Assembly (NCBI GenBank): GCA_964016885.1
Contig: OZ024742.1
Span: forward strand, 82,026,001-82,090,000
DNA: 64,000 nucleotides
Source: Eledone cirrhosa
Taxonomy: Eukaryota
Reading direction: 5' to 3'
Shown: one piece after another, positions 1 through 12,699 of the stretch
Layout of the letters: every line of letters begins with the position of its first letter
How positions within the stretch are numbered: position 1 is the stretch's first letter
Notes under the pieces: generated by a model
What the model was told of the DNA's origin: nothing
The model's input: only the letters and a program-made list of their open reading frames with translations
Databases searched by the model: none
Program-made: the position numbers and the translations under genes

Positions 1-1013
1 CCACCCACACTCTCGATCCACACTCACTCATCCCACTAACACCTCTACTAATACACACACCTTCCTCACTCCAACTTTCACACCTACCCATCCTCGCCCC
101 TTTACCATTCCACCCGGCTGCTGCTATGCCTTCTGACCACCTCCCAGCACAAACAGACACACAGCACTCCCAACGCTTGACCACTTCCTGTTGCGCGCGC
201 ACCCCACATCTCTCCTCTTCCGACCATCTCTTCAATGAATACTCGTATGTGGAAGTTGACCACCACTACTAAACATCATAGGAATATACCAACATTTCAA
301 CCATCCTCTTACGGAATCACCTATATAACTCACCCATTCACACACCCAAAAAATGTTTTTCTCCCACACGCCACCTACACACACAACACGCTTAAACCCC
401 ACACACACATGCTTTCCACCACATATTTACACCCTCAGCCTCCTGATTCCTCTCCCCCCACCCCTCTATCCACACACGCACAGCCCTCTATCCCCACCCC
501 TCTATCCCCCCACCCCACCTCTTCCTGAACATGCAACCCCGTTCTTCCCCCAACCCTTACTTTCACATACACACACACACACACACGTACACCTACACAC
601 ACACACCACCTTCAGCCCTCCCCGCTCGGACACCCCGTCTCCCTCTCCCCACTCCGCCCGCCACCACCCCTACACACCCACACCCTACCACCACCTATTT
701 TACCCCTTTTTAATTTCAGTTTATTTTGATCATGCTTTTATATTTATTTTTATTTCATTCCTTTTATTTTGATCATGCTTTATTTTTATTTTTATTTTTA
801 ATTTCATTCGCACCGTTTCCTTTCGCTATATGTCTCTCCACCACTCCCCTACACACCATTTGAACTCTGTTCCCACACACTTCTCACCTGAGGAAGGGCT
901 TATGCCCGAAACGTCGTTCCCCACCACCACCCCACTCTCTAGAGCGTGAAATTAATAAACATTCGTTGTACTGCCTCTCTGTTTTGTTCCTGTTCAAATT
1001 TTTCCATTATATA
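1..1013 (+). repeat. pseudo-LTR copy 1 (partner at 4752-5743)
   Basis: Colinear match by eye from CCACCCACAC to TTTTTCCATTATATA, with scattered substitutions and indels. Confidence 0.93.
886..917 (+). ncRNA. minimal type I hammerhead ribozyme
   Basis: AC-CTGAGGA-A-GGGC-TTAT-GCCC-GAAA-CGTC-GT: intact core, 4-bp helix II, palindromic ACGT helix III, GUC site, very short helix I. Confidence 0.85.
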
Positions 1014-1432
1014 TAATACACGCTCACACGGCTTCCTTTCCTTTGGAACATAACTTAACAACCGGCTCAACTCCGATCTAATCCGCCGTGACCATTCTCC
1101 GAACTTTACACACCTTCCCACACTTTGTCTTTCCTTCCACGCATTACCTTTGTTTGATTTTGTTACTGTACTTGTTTATTTCCGTATATGATTCTTTGCC
1201 TGTGTTCTTACAATTTTATTTCTATGATTTTTCGTTCGCGATTGCCTGTGTTTTTACCTTTATGATTTTTGTCTTTAATTTTCCTGTGTATACTCCCCCC
1301 TCCTTACGTTTTTCTGTTTCATTTTCCATTCCCCGTCTCTGCCTATCCTTCGTACTCACTCCTTCGTTCACTCCTCCCCGCTTCACACAACTGCTTTCTC
1401 ATCCCTCCCCCTGCTTTCACCCAACGCCCACC

Positions 1433-4175
1433 ATGCCCAGCCTGAGATCCTTTCTCCACTAACTACATAATCGCCTCAAACTTTTCCTCTCCCCCTCCTC
1501 CCACCCTGCCCATCTCCCCTCTGCCCTTCAACTCTCCTACCTTCTCTTCGCCAAAACCCGGCACTCCAGCCACATCCATTTCCTCAGCCACTGCCTCCGC
1601 CTCCACCTTATCCCCCTCGGCTTCCGTCTACACTTCCACCCTTCCCCCGCCGCTTCCCCATCCACGCAACGTATCCTCACCCGATCCTCAAGCCTCCTGA
1701 TGCGCAATCCATCCGCGCCTCCCGTTCCACCCTCCGCCAACTTGACCACCAACTGACCCCCACACTCCTCCGCCTTAACTCCACCTGTCACCACCTCCTC
1801 GCCCAAGCCATCCTCTCCTTCATCCAAAACCTCAACCACAACCTCTTCTCCTTCCTCAGCTCCACCAAAGCCCGCAAGCTACACTCACTCCTCCCAACCA
1901 CCCCCATCCACCACCACCCGTCCATCCCCATACGCCTACCACTCTCCACCTCTCCCTCGACCCACACCCCTACCCAATCTCCACCCTCCACCTCACCCCT
2001 CACCACACCCTCCCTTCCACCCACATACCCAAACCCCACCACTTTTTGTCACCATACCCCCTGACCTCCCCCTCTCCGCACCTGAGCGCTCACTCCTTAG
2101 TAGAGGCCTTCGCTTCATACCCCACACTCCGCACAGCGACGAGTTCCGCACCCGAACGGAAGTCGAGCGATTCGTGCGACGCACTAAGCTACAGGCACAT
2201 TTCGGCCGAACACCACCGGCTCCGGACGCCCCAGACCCGTTTCTCGCCCTGGGCCGACGACCATCTTCTTGGACGCCGGCCCCAGGGCAATTTAGCACCC
2301 TGGACGCGTTCGTCGATGCCAGCCGTAGCGCAGTAAATCGTTTCGACTCCCGCCACTGTTCCAAACGGTACAATATCTCACGGGGCGAACTCCTCGCTCT
2401 CCGCTCCCTCCGTAGCCGAGATGACATCGTCATCAAACTGTCGGACAAGGGAAGCGCCGTGGTGGTGTGGCGCGCGGACCTCTACACGGTGAAGCCCTCA
2501 GGCAGCTCTGTAACCCCCTCTTCTACCGCCTTCTACCCTCCGATCCCACCCCCCCTCTACCAACAACAAGTCTCCTCCACCTATTCAAGACCTTATCGCC
2601 TCCTCCCTCCTCCCCCCACCGCTTCCCACCTCATCGTCCGCACCCCCCGTACCCCCACCATCTACTTCCTCCCCAAACTCCACAAACCCGACAACCCAGG
2701 CCGCCCCATCGTCTCCGCTTGCAACTGACCCACCGAACTCATCTCCGCCTTTCTCGACTCCATCCTCGCCCCCCTTGTCACCACCCTCCACTCCCACATC
2801 TCCGACACCAACCACGCCCTGCGCCTTTTCGACTCTTTCACCTACCCACCCGGCCCACAGCCCTTCCTCTTCACCCTAGACATCGAGTCCCTCTATACCG
2901 TCATCCCCCACGCCGATGGTCTACGCGCCCTCAAACACTTCCTCGACCTTCGACCCTCCCCCATTCCCTCCACCCCACCCTCCTTCGCCTCACCGAGCTG
3001 GTCCTCACCCTCAATTGTTTCTCCTTCTCGGGTGAGTTTTACCAACAGGTCACGGGGGTAGCCATGGGTACAAGAATGAGCCCGAACTATGCCAACCTTT
3101 TTGTTGCCCATGTTGAGGCCCAAATCTTTGCCCAGTACACCGGCCCCACGCCCGAACTGTACGGTCGTTACATTGACGACTGTATCGGAGCCACGACACT
3201 CACCCCAGAACAGCTCGCCTCCTTTCTCTCCTTCTTCTGCTCCTTCCACCCCTCCCTCCTGTTCACCACCAACCACGTCCACTTCTTAGACATCTCCGTC
3301 GCCTTCGACCCCTCCCACCACTCCCTCGTCACCTCTGCCTTCTTCAAACCCACCGACTCCCACTCTTACCTCGACTTCACCTCTTCCCACCCCACCCACA
3401 TTAAACACTCCATTCCCTACTCCCAACTCCTCAGGATCCGCCGCCTCTGTGGCCGAGATGCTGACTTCGAGTCCCAGGCCCTTTCCCTAGTCAGACATTT
3501 CATCCGCAGAGGTAACCCCCCTCTCTCGTCCACACCGCTCTCACCCGCGCCCGTGCTGTCCACCGCTCCACCACCCTCATCTACCACCACTCCACCTTAC
3601 CCCTCCACCGGACCATCCGCCGCCTCTTCCAACGCCTCCAGTCCGAACCCTCCACCTCCCAACCCTACCACTCCCCTGCTTCAAACGCGCACGCCAGCTG
3701 CGCACCCTCCTCGTCCACAGCTCCCTACCCCCCAACCCACGCTCTGCCCCCCCCCACAGGTTCCTTTCCCTGTTATAGGCCCAGCTGCAACACCTGTCCC
3801 CACATCACCAACACCACCACCTTCCAGGGTCCCAACGGCCACTCTCTCTCTGTCCGGCATGCCTTCCGCTGCACCTCCTCCAACCTAGTCTACGGACTTC
3901 GCAGCACGGATTGCAGCGCGACTTATGTCGGACAGACGGGACGTCGCCTGGAGGACCGATTCACTGAGTACCTCCGAGATATTCGTCTCGGTGGTAGTTC
4001 CCCCATCGCCCGCTACTTTGGTTTCCCTGGACATTCCGCACGCCATCTCACAGTCTGTGGCCTACTCCAATTCCACGGAACACCCGCCAATCTCCTTAGA
4101 GTCGAACAAAGAACTATCTTCATCTTACAGACCCACACTCCCCCCGGCCTGAACTCCCCACCCTTATTCCTTTAG
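1433..4175 (+). pseudogene. PLE reverse transcriptase + GIY-YIG endonuclease, frameshifted
   Basis: Motifs across frames: HIHFLSHCLRLHLIPLG, IKLSDKGSAVVV, YFLPKLHKPDNPGRPIVS, TLDIESLYT, QVTGVAMGT, RYIDD, FLDI, FKPTDSHSYL, Cys linker PCYRPSCNTCPH, NLVYG..YVGQTGRRL. Confidence 0.92.
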
Positions 4176-4751
4176 CCTTCGACCGCCCCCTCCCCCCACA
4201 CATATCCCGCACTAACACCTCTAACACACCCCTCCTTTTCACCGCCCACCCCACAACTAAGAATACTAAAACCTCCACTCCACCCCTCATTCGACCATCC
4301 TTCCCCAACTAACATACTAACATCCCTCCCTTCTTCTCCTCCCCCTCCTTATCACACGCACACACCCACCGGCACATATATACACGCGCTCAGACTAAAC
4401 ACACACCCTACTAACACCCTACTACCACCCTCACCCCCTCACCTCCATCCCACCACCCCGCAACTAACCTCACTAACACCCACTGACCCCAAGCACACGA
4501 ACACACGCACCCACTTACACCACCCACCCTACACGCAACTAACATCACTAACACCCCCCAACCCCACGCACACGTACCTACACACCCTCGTACACCACCA
4601 ACTCTACTCACCCTACCACCACTAACCCCCACTCACACCTGCATTCAACACCTTCCCACCTCCCGTATACTAACACCCACTAACACCCCATTCATCAAAT
4701 TACACACACACCAGTACACCATAGAACTACACACACCCTTCTCTCCCCGAT

Positions 4752-5743
4752 CCACCCACACCCTCGCTCCACACTCACTCATCACATTAACACCTCTACT
4801 AATACACACACACACCCTCCTCACTCCAACTTTCACACATACCCATCCTCTCCCCTTTACCATTCCATCCGACTGCTGCTATGCCCTCTGACCACCTCCC
4901 AGCACAAACAGACACACAACACTCCCACCGCTTGACCACTTCCTGTTGCGCGCGCACCCCACATCTCTCCTCTTCCGACCATCTCTTCATGGAATACTCG
5001 TATGTGGAAGTTGACCACCACGGAATCTACTAAACATCATAGGAATTTACCAACATTTCAACCAACCTTTACGGAATCACCTATATAACTCACCCACACA
5101 CACACCCAAAAGGTTTTTTCTCCCACACGCCACCAACACCCACATCACGCTTAAACCCCACACACACGTGCTTTCCACCACATATTTACACTCTCAGCCT
5201 CCTGATTCCCCCACCCCTCTATCCACACACGCACAGGCACTCCGACCTACACCCCCCCCTCTTCCTGAACATGCAACCACGTTCTTCCCCCAACCCTTAC
5301 TTTCACATACACACACACACACGTACACCTACACACACACACCACCTTCAGCCCTCCCCGCTCGGACACCCCGTCTCCCTCTCCCCAACCGCCACCACCC
5401 CTACATACCCACACCCTTCCACCACCTGTTTTACCGCTTTTTAATTTCAGTTTATTTTGAACATGCTTTTATATTTATTTTTATTTCATTCCTTTTATTT
5501 TGATCATGCTTTATTTTTATTTTTATTTTTAATTTCATTCGCACCGTTTCCTTTCGCTATATGTCTCTCCACCACTCCTCGACACACCCTTTGAACTCTG
5601 TTCCCACACACTTCTCACCTGAGGAAGGGCTTATGCCCGAAACGTCGTTCCCCACCACCACCCCACTCTCCAGACCGTGAAATTAATAAACATTCGTTGT
5701 ACTGCCTCTCTGTTTTGTTCCTATTCAAATTTTTCCATTATAT
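4752..5743 (+). repeat. pseudo-LTR copy 2 (may begin further upstream)
   Basis: Direct repeat of 1-1013. Confidence 0.93.
5617..5648 (+). ncRNA. minimal type I hammerhead ribozyme
   Basis: Identical to 886-917 although the surrounding pLTRs differ. Confidence 0.85.
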
Positions 5744-5765
5744 ATATTTATATATATATATATAT

Positions 5766-5844
5766 ACTCCAGTCCTACAAACTGTAGAGTGCTTCTTATC
5801 CGATATCTGCATTGGTTTATTGTACTACAATAAAACTCATCTCC

Positions 5845-5848
<4 letters not shown>
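5766..5848 (-). repeat. short dispersed repeat between (TA)n tracts; inverted copy at 36729-36810
   Basis: Reverse complement aligns with 36729-36810. Contains the hairpin TTTATTGTA-N-TACAATAAA. Confidence 0.75.
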
Positions 5849-5893
<45 letters not shown>

Positions 5894-5989
5894 AATCCTC
5901 CCATATAAGGAAGTACCCCTTGATAAGTTCAGCTATCTATTTACCAGACTAAAACACTCTTTCTTTAGTCCACCAATAGCCGTCAAAAC

Positions 5990-6101
5990 GGCTTGAGCTC
6001 TGCCGTCGGGGGTCATACTTTTTGCTATTACCCACTCTACTACCCTAAGTATCGAGTACTCTGGTGCGTTCTGGTCCACCTGGTTCCTTACCACAACTCC
6101 T

Positions 6102-6104
<3 letters not shown>
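5990..6104 (-). repeat. unclassified TA-anchored repeat, copy 1 of 4 (others 11941-12062, 14862-14978, 35858-35975, all +)
   Basis: Shared core CCAGAGTACTCGATACTT and upstream GGTGGACCA-like motif. Each copy starts right after a TA tract. Confidence 0.8.
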
Positions 6105-6135
<31 letters not shown>

Positions 6136-6266
6136 GATAAATCTACCAAGAGTTTACGGTAGTGTCCAATCCGTATGAAGAACTCAATGTATTCCGGATA
6201 TCATGGAAAGAAGAGATGTAATGAAAAATCACTTTCGGTGAAAGATAAACGGTATACAGAGTCAAG

Positions 6267-7141
6267 ATAAAATATTAAACAAATAATGAATAAAACAATG
6301 AAACAGTTCCTTATATTAAACAAAAAAAGTTCATTATTTAACGATCGTTTCTAGGATATATATGTGTTAGAATTGGCATGCATATTCAACAGATCTATGT
6401 ATAAAATTATACAAAATTATACAAACTATCAAGATTAAATATACATACCAACACATATATACGCCGTCTTCAGAAATAATGAAATATATTTATTGATAAT
6501 AACAACAATTCAAAATTTCAGGTCCGTTTGGGAACAGAATTGACCAATGAAAATACAAAAGGTTTTATGCAGTTCGGTGTGTGTATATACATGTAACTAC
6601 CCCGTACTCATATTTATACAAAAATGTATGCTCAACATGCATACGTTTGCCAAAAAGATGCATGCAAATACAAAATTTCAAGGTTAATGTCTCTGTAAGT
6701 TTATAATGCACAGATAAGATGCGTATAGACACATAAATATGAAATAAGTGTATACACATATTCTCATACTCACACATATCCGTACAATCACACACACGCG
6801 CGCGTATATGCATAAACATACACATAATTACGAACATACACACACACACATACCCCCACACACATATATATATATGTGGATATAATATTATCATAAGCAC
6901 ATGGATATTAATTCACTCACATAAAACACTGCCACACACATTTAGATCAAGATACAGAAATTAGGTGGGAGAGGGGGAGAGGTCAGTATTCAACGGTTTG
7001 GGCAGACTGCTTATTTATAGATGTATCTATAAACTAAGAAATAAAAAATAAAAATTAAAAAGGAAAGAAAAGAAAAAGAAAAAAGAGAAAAAAGAAATAT
7101 ATCAAGAAATTATATATATAAATATATACATATATATACAT

Positions 7142-7180
<39 letters not shown>

Positions 7181-7262
7181 CACACATCTACACTTAGAAC
7201 ATACATACACACACATATATAAACATATACATATACACACATACACACATATACACACATAC

Positions 7263-7303
<41 letters not shown>

Positions 7304-7509
7304 TACACATATAATCACACATACATATATAGACACACATATATATACACATACACGCACATATACATACACATACACACTTATATACATACAGATATAC
7401 ACATACATACCTATATATACACACAAATACATACAGACATACATACATACATACACACAAATACTTACGCATCCATATATCGGTATATACATACAAACAC
7501 CACTACACA
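6267..7509 (-). repeat. inverted copy of the 3' pseudo-LTR of the Naiad-type PLE
   Basis: Near-identical reverse complement of 10747-11919, plus 10265-10315. ORF-track entries 6565..6900(-) and 11286..11621(+) differ by one residue. Confidence 0.95.
6330..6483 (-). ncRNA. type I hammerhead ribozyme with long helix II (inverted copy)
   Basis: Reverse complement of 11703-11856. Confidence 0.75.
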
Positions 7510-7549
7510 ACATCACGATACAACCTATAAAAATAATAAAAATAATAAA

Positions 7550-8269
7550 CAACATAGAAACCGTAATAGACGGGTTACTTGGTATAATGCTCCATTTAAT
7601 TTACAAATTAAGGATAATATTGCTAAAAAATTTGTTTATATCCTAGAGAAAAACTTCCCGCCAAACCACAAATACCATCAAATCTTAAATAGGTCTACAG
7701 TTAAATTCTCATACTCTACAACAAATAACATAAAACAAAATATAAGTGCCTATAATGCATATAAATGTAAGAAAACCATAAGTATACCACCAGTACATCA
7801 AATTAACCATAATATCTCCTCAAATACAGAATTAACGAAAGGTTGTAACTGTAGAAACAAAGCAAACTGCCCATTAAAAGGGAATTGTCTTGTTAACAAC
7901 ATAGTCTATAAATGTAATGTTAAAACTAAAGATTCTATTTGCTCATATATAGGAGCTACCTCTAACAATTTTAAGACAAGGTTTAATACCCACAAGCATA
8001 GTTTTAAAAATGCCGCACTGGCTAATACAACATCTCTAGCAGAAAAAATCAATAGTTATAAAAATAAGAATATAGAATATGATTTGACCTGGAGTGTGCT
8101 CAAAAGAGCCACCCCTTATCAAAATAATAGAAATGAATGTAGATTATGTTCCCAAGAACTATTTGAAATAATGAAATCTAAGGATATCCTATTAAATAAA
8201 CGACAGGAATTAATTATATCGTGTAATCATAAACTAAAAAAAACATTTAAATATTATAAACCTAATTAA
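7550..8269 (+). pseudogene. Naiad-type RT thumb/linker + GIY-YIG endonuclease; frame open but 5'-truncated
   Basis: Uninterrupted frame, mostly missed by the ORF track: RVTWYNAPF..NFPPNHKYHQILNRSTVKFSYS..CNCRNKANCPLKGNCLVNNIVYKC..YIGATSNNFKTRFNTHKHSF..CRLC..LNKRQELIISCNH. Confidence 0.88.
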
Positions 8270-8757
8270 TAACATTATTTTAGAAATTAATTTAATTTAA
8301 ATGTTAGTTAACCTATAAATTTAATTTAATTAAAATTCTACTACAGATGAGAATATAAAATATTGTGTAATCATAAATTGTGAAAAACCTTTAAATATTA
8401 CTAATATATACTTAGTAATTTAATTTATAGATTAATTTTAATTTATTTAAACCTTTTATTAAAATTCCTTTACAGATAAAATATAACAAAATATCGTGTA
8501 TCCAATGACAGAGAAATAATCTTTAGTATTATAGACCTAATTAATATATATTTTAGAAATATATTTATAATTTGGTTTTAAATTTAGTCAACCTAAAAAT
8601 TTAATTTAATTGGCTTAAAATTAGTATCCTTATACAGACGGATTGCAGAGTGTCATGTAATCATAGAATGGGATGTGTTTTGGATGTATACCTAGTTAAT
8701 ATATTCTTTGCAATTTTTGAAAAAATATGTATATGTATGTATGTATATGTATGTGTA

Positions 8758-8828
<71 letters not shown>

Positions 8829-9499
8829 ATCTATATGTATATGTATATGTATTAATTTTGATTTCTATTTGCATATAATTATATTCTGCTATTGATAAAA
8901 TACAATATCTGTTTTATTTATTATATACCTAATTAACATATACTATAGAAATTAATATATAATTTTTAATTTAGTTAACCTATAATTTATATTCTACTAC
9001 CGATGTAATACTTTATTTGTTTTTTCCCTATTACTAAATTCATTTCCTAATATTGATACCATAACGTTAATAACTTTAATTTAGTTATACTATAATTAAT
9101 ACTCTACTACTATTTAACTTCAAAATTCTGCTTCAAATATTATAAACCTAACTAATTTACACCTTAGAAATCAATATGTTAACTATCTTTAGTTTAGTTA
9201 ACATATAATTAATGGTATACTTATTTTGAAATGCATAAATTTTGCCTTATTTCTTGTATTTCCTAACACTGAAACTATGTAAAAACATACATTGGATCCA
9301 GATACAGATAATATTCTATGTTTCTTGAAACATATATTTACTATAATCCCCTTCTCCAACCCCCCTCTTTCCCCCATACTATTATCATCTGTGTTTGTAA
9401 GCGTGTATGTATGAATATATATGTAGGTAGGTGTATATATGTTTGGGTATTTATATCTGAATATAAAAATACACATATGCGCATGCAAATAAAAATGTA

Positions 9500-9909
9500 A
9501 GATTGTGTGTATATATATGTGTGTATGTATATATATGTGTGTATATATGCATGTGTATATATATATGTGTGTGTATATATATATATATATATATGTGTAT
9601 ATGTGTATATGTGTGTGGGCGTGTATGTGTATGTGTATATATATATATATATATATGTGTGTATGTATGTATGTATATGTATATATATATATGTGTGTAT
9701 ATATATGTATGTCTCTCTATATATATGTCTATCTTCGTATCTATGTGGGTATATGTGTGTATGTACATGTATGCACATGTATGTGTTTATGTGTATATGT
9801 GTGTATGTGTATATGTGTGCGTGTGCGCACATATATATGTGAGTGTGTGTGTGTGTGTGTATATGTATATATATATGTATATCTATGTGTGTATATATGT
9901 CTATATTCG

Positions 9910-9940
<31 letters not shown>

Positions 9941-10424
9941 TATTTATTATTATAATATAACTTATGTGTATGTGTGTATATGTGAGGGTGTGTATATGTA
10001 TATATATGTGTATATATATATGTGTAAAAATATATATGTGTATGTGTGTTTTTTTTTTTTTTTTTTTTTTTGTATATATATGTATGTATATATGTGTGTA
10101 TGTGTGTGTTTGTATGTGTGTTTATGGTTGTATGTGAGTGTAGGTGTATATATATAAATGTATGTGTATATATATATATATATGTGTGTATATGTATCTC
10201 TATTAATGTGTGTATATATGTATATGTATATACCTTTTTCTTTGTATGTCTGAGTTGTGTGAGAGTGTAGTGGTGTTTGTATGTATATACGCATATATGG
10301 ATGCGTATGTATTTGTATATATGAGTATATGTAAGTGCGTATGTATGTATGAATATATATCTTTGTCTATGTATGAGTATATATGTGTGTGTATGTATGC
10401 TGTGTGTGTATGTATGTATGTGTC

Positions 10425-10467
<43 letters not shown>

Positions 10468-10518
10468 ATATGTATGTATGTATGTGTATGTATGTACATG
10501 TATGTCTATGTATATGTG

Positions 10519-10579
<61 letters not shown>

Positions 10580-10877
10580 CTTTATTTTATATATATGTGT
10601 GTGTGTGTATGTGTGTGTGTGTGTATATATATCTTTATATATGTGTATGTGTATGTTCGTGTAGGTGTATGTGTGTGTATGACTATATATGTATGTGTGT
10701 ATGTGTGTATGTATGTATATGTATGTGTGTGTACATGTATGTATGTGTATGTATTTGTGTGTATATATAGGTATGTATGTGTATATCTGTATGTATATAA
10801 GTGTGTATGTGTATGTATATGTGCGTGTATGTGTATATATATGTGTGTCTATATATGTATGTGTGATTATATGTGTA

Positions 10878-10918
<41 letters not shown>

Positions 10919-11000
10919 GTATGTGTGTATATGTGTGTATGTGTGTATATGTATATGTTTATATATGTGTGTGTATGTATGTTCTAAGTGTAGATGTGTG

Positions 11001-11041
<41 letters not shown>

Positions 11042-11075
11042 ATGTATATATATGTATATATATATATATATATTT
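9500..11075. repeat. compound (TA)n/(TG)n/(TATG)n microsatellite
   Basis: Directly visible. Confidence 0.97.
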
Positions 11076-11702
11076 TCTTGATATATTTCTTTTTTCTCTT
11101 TTTTCTTTTTCTTTTCTTTCCTTTTTAATTTTTATTTTTTATTTCTTAGTTTATAGATACATCTATAAATAAGCAGTCTGCCCAAACCGTTGAATACTGA
11201 CCTCCCCCCCCCCCCTCCCACCTAATTTCTGTATCTTGATCTAAATGTGTGTGGCAGTGTTTTATGTGAGTGAATTAATATCCATGTGCTTATGATAATA
11301 TTATATCCACATATATATATATGTGTGTGGGGGTATGTGTGTGTGTGTATGTTCGTAATTATGTGTATGTTTATGCATATACGCGCGCGTGTGTGTGATT
11401 GTACGGATATGTGTGAGTATGAGAATATGTGTATACACTTATTTCATATGTATGTGTCTATACGCATCTTATCTGTGCATTATAAACTTACAGAGACATT
11501 AACCTTGAAATTTTGTATTTGCATGCATCTTTTTGGCAAACGTATGCATGTTGAGCATACATTTTTGTATAAATATGAGTACGGGGTAGTTACATGTATA
11601 TACACACACCGAACTGCATAAAACCTTTTGTATTTTCATTGGTCAATTCTGTTCCCAAACGGACCTGAAATTTTGAATTGTTGTTATTATCAATAAATAT
11701 AT

Positions 11703-11856
11703 TTCATTATTTCTGAAGACGGCGTATATATGTGTTGGTATGTATATTTAATCTTGATAGTTTGTATAATTTTGTATAATTTTATACATAGATCTGTTGA
11801 ATATGCATGCCAATTCTAACACATATATATCCTAGAAACGATCGTTAAATAATGAA
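11703..11856 (+). ncRNA. type I hammerhead ribozyme with ~115-nt helix II
   Basis: TTCATTATTT-CTGAAGA-[11720-11834]-GAAA-CGATCG-TT-AAATAATGAA: perfect 10-bp helix I, palindromic ACGATCGT helix III, GUU site. Confidence 0.78.
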
Positions 11857-11910
11857 CTTTTTTTGTTTAATATAAGGAACTGTTTCATTGTTTTATTCAT
11901 TATTTGTTTA

Positions 11911-11942
<32 letters not shown>

Positions 11943-12699
11943 ACGAAGGAAGAGTGGTAAGGAACCAGGTCGACCAGAACGCACCAGAGTACTCGATACT
12001 TAGGGTAGCAAAGTGAGTAATAGGAAAAGAGTTAGGACCCCGGCTGCTGAGCTCCGGCCGTTTAAGCTGGTGCTATGTATATTACATAGCACCGTCCAAA
12101 CATGCAGCCAGTGTTTTCTTTTTTTTTAAGGGGGGGGGGGGTGCATCGCTACTGACGATACTTTTGATAAATGACTTCTTTGAGATGCTGTTTACTGTAT
12201 TGGATGAACTAATAGCTAGATTTTATTAATTTGAATATCGTATTAAATTATATTTTATTTGCTCTCTGGCCAACACTTGACCTATTAATTTTACAACATT
12301 CCTTGTTTATTATAGGTTTTCACCCCCTTTAGTGATAGCTGTATAGATTTATCTCTTAACGCATCACCAGCCAGGCATCCACAGATCAGTTTGCCAACTT
12401 ACTCCCACACTTTGTGCTACAGGCAAGTTCAGCCACCCCAACTCCACCCACCACTATGAAGGAATTTAACTGTCTTTACAAAACATTTGACCACTCCCCG
12501 TGTCAGAAAGGAAAAACAAAAACTTTTAGAATTGTTTGATATAACACTATTGCTACGCTCTCATTGTCTGCCCATTTATGGAATATACACCTTGACAAGT
12601 TCAACTAGACTACTGCCGTCCTAACATTACTGCGTTAGTTCAGACCTAGCTGTCAAAAGGGCCAGTGCTCAGCCGTTACTTCAAAATATTAATAAATAT

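Larger units (their letters stand above)
1..5743 (+). mobile_element. Penelope-like element, Neptune-type, with direct pseudo-LTRs (5' repeat cut by window edge)
   Basis: Direct repeats 1-1013 and 4752-5743 flank RT + GIY-YIG coding remnants. Each repeat has an HHR motif followed by AATAAA. The 3' end runs into (TA)n. Confidence 0.92.
7510..11919 (+). mobile_element. 5'-truncated Naiad-type PLE with long microsatellite-filled 3' region
   Basis: GIY-YIG frame 7510-8269, then AT-rich repeats, compound (TA/TG)n and an HHR. Ends in (TA)n. Inverted pLTR at the 5' junction. Confidence 0.85.

Noticed and set aside
7055-11172. Many long Y/I/C/V/M- or H/T-rich ORFs (also 24106-24970, 35527-35901, 52046-52340)
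   Set aside because: They are translations of dinucleotide or trinucleotide microsatellites.
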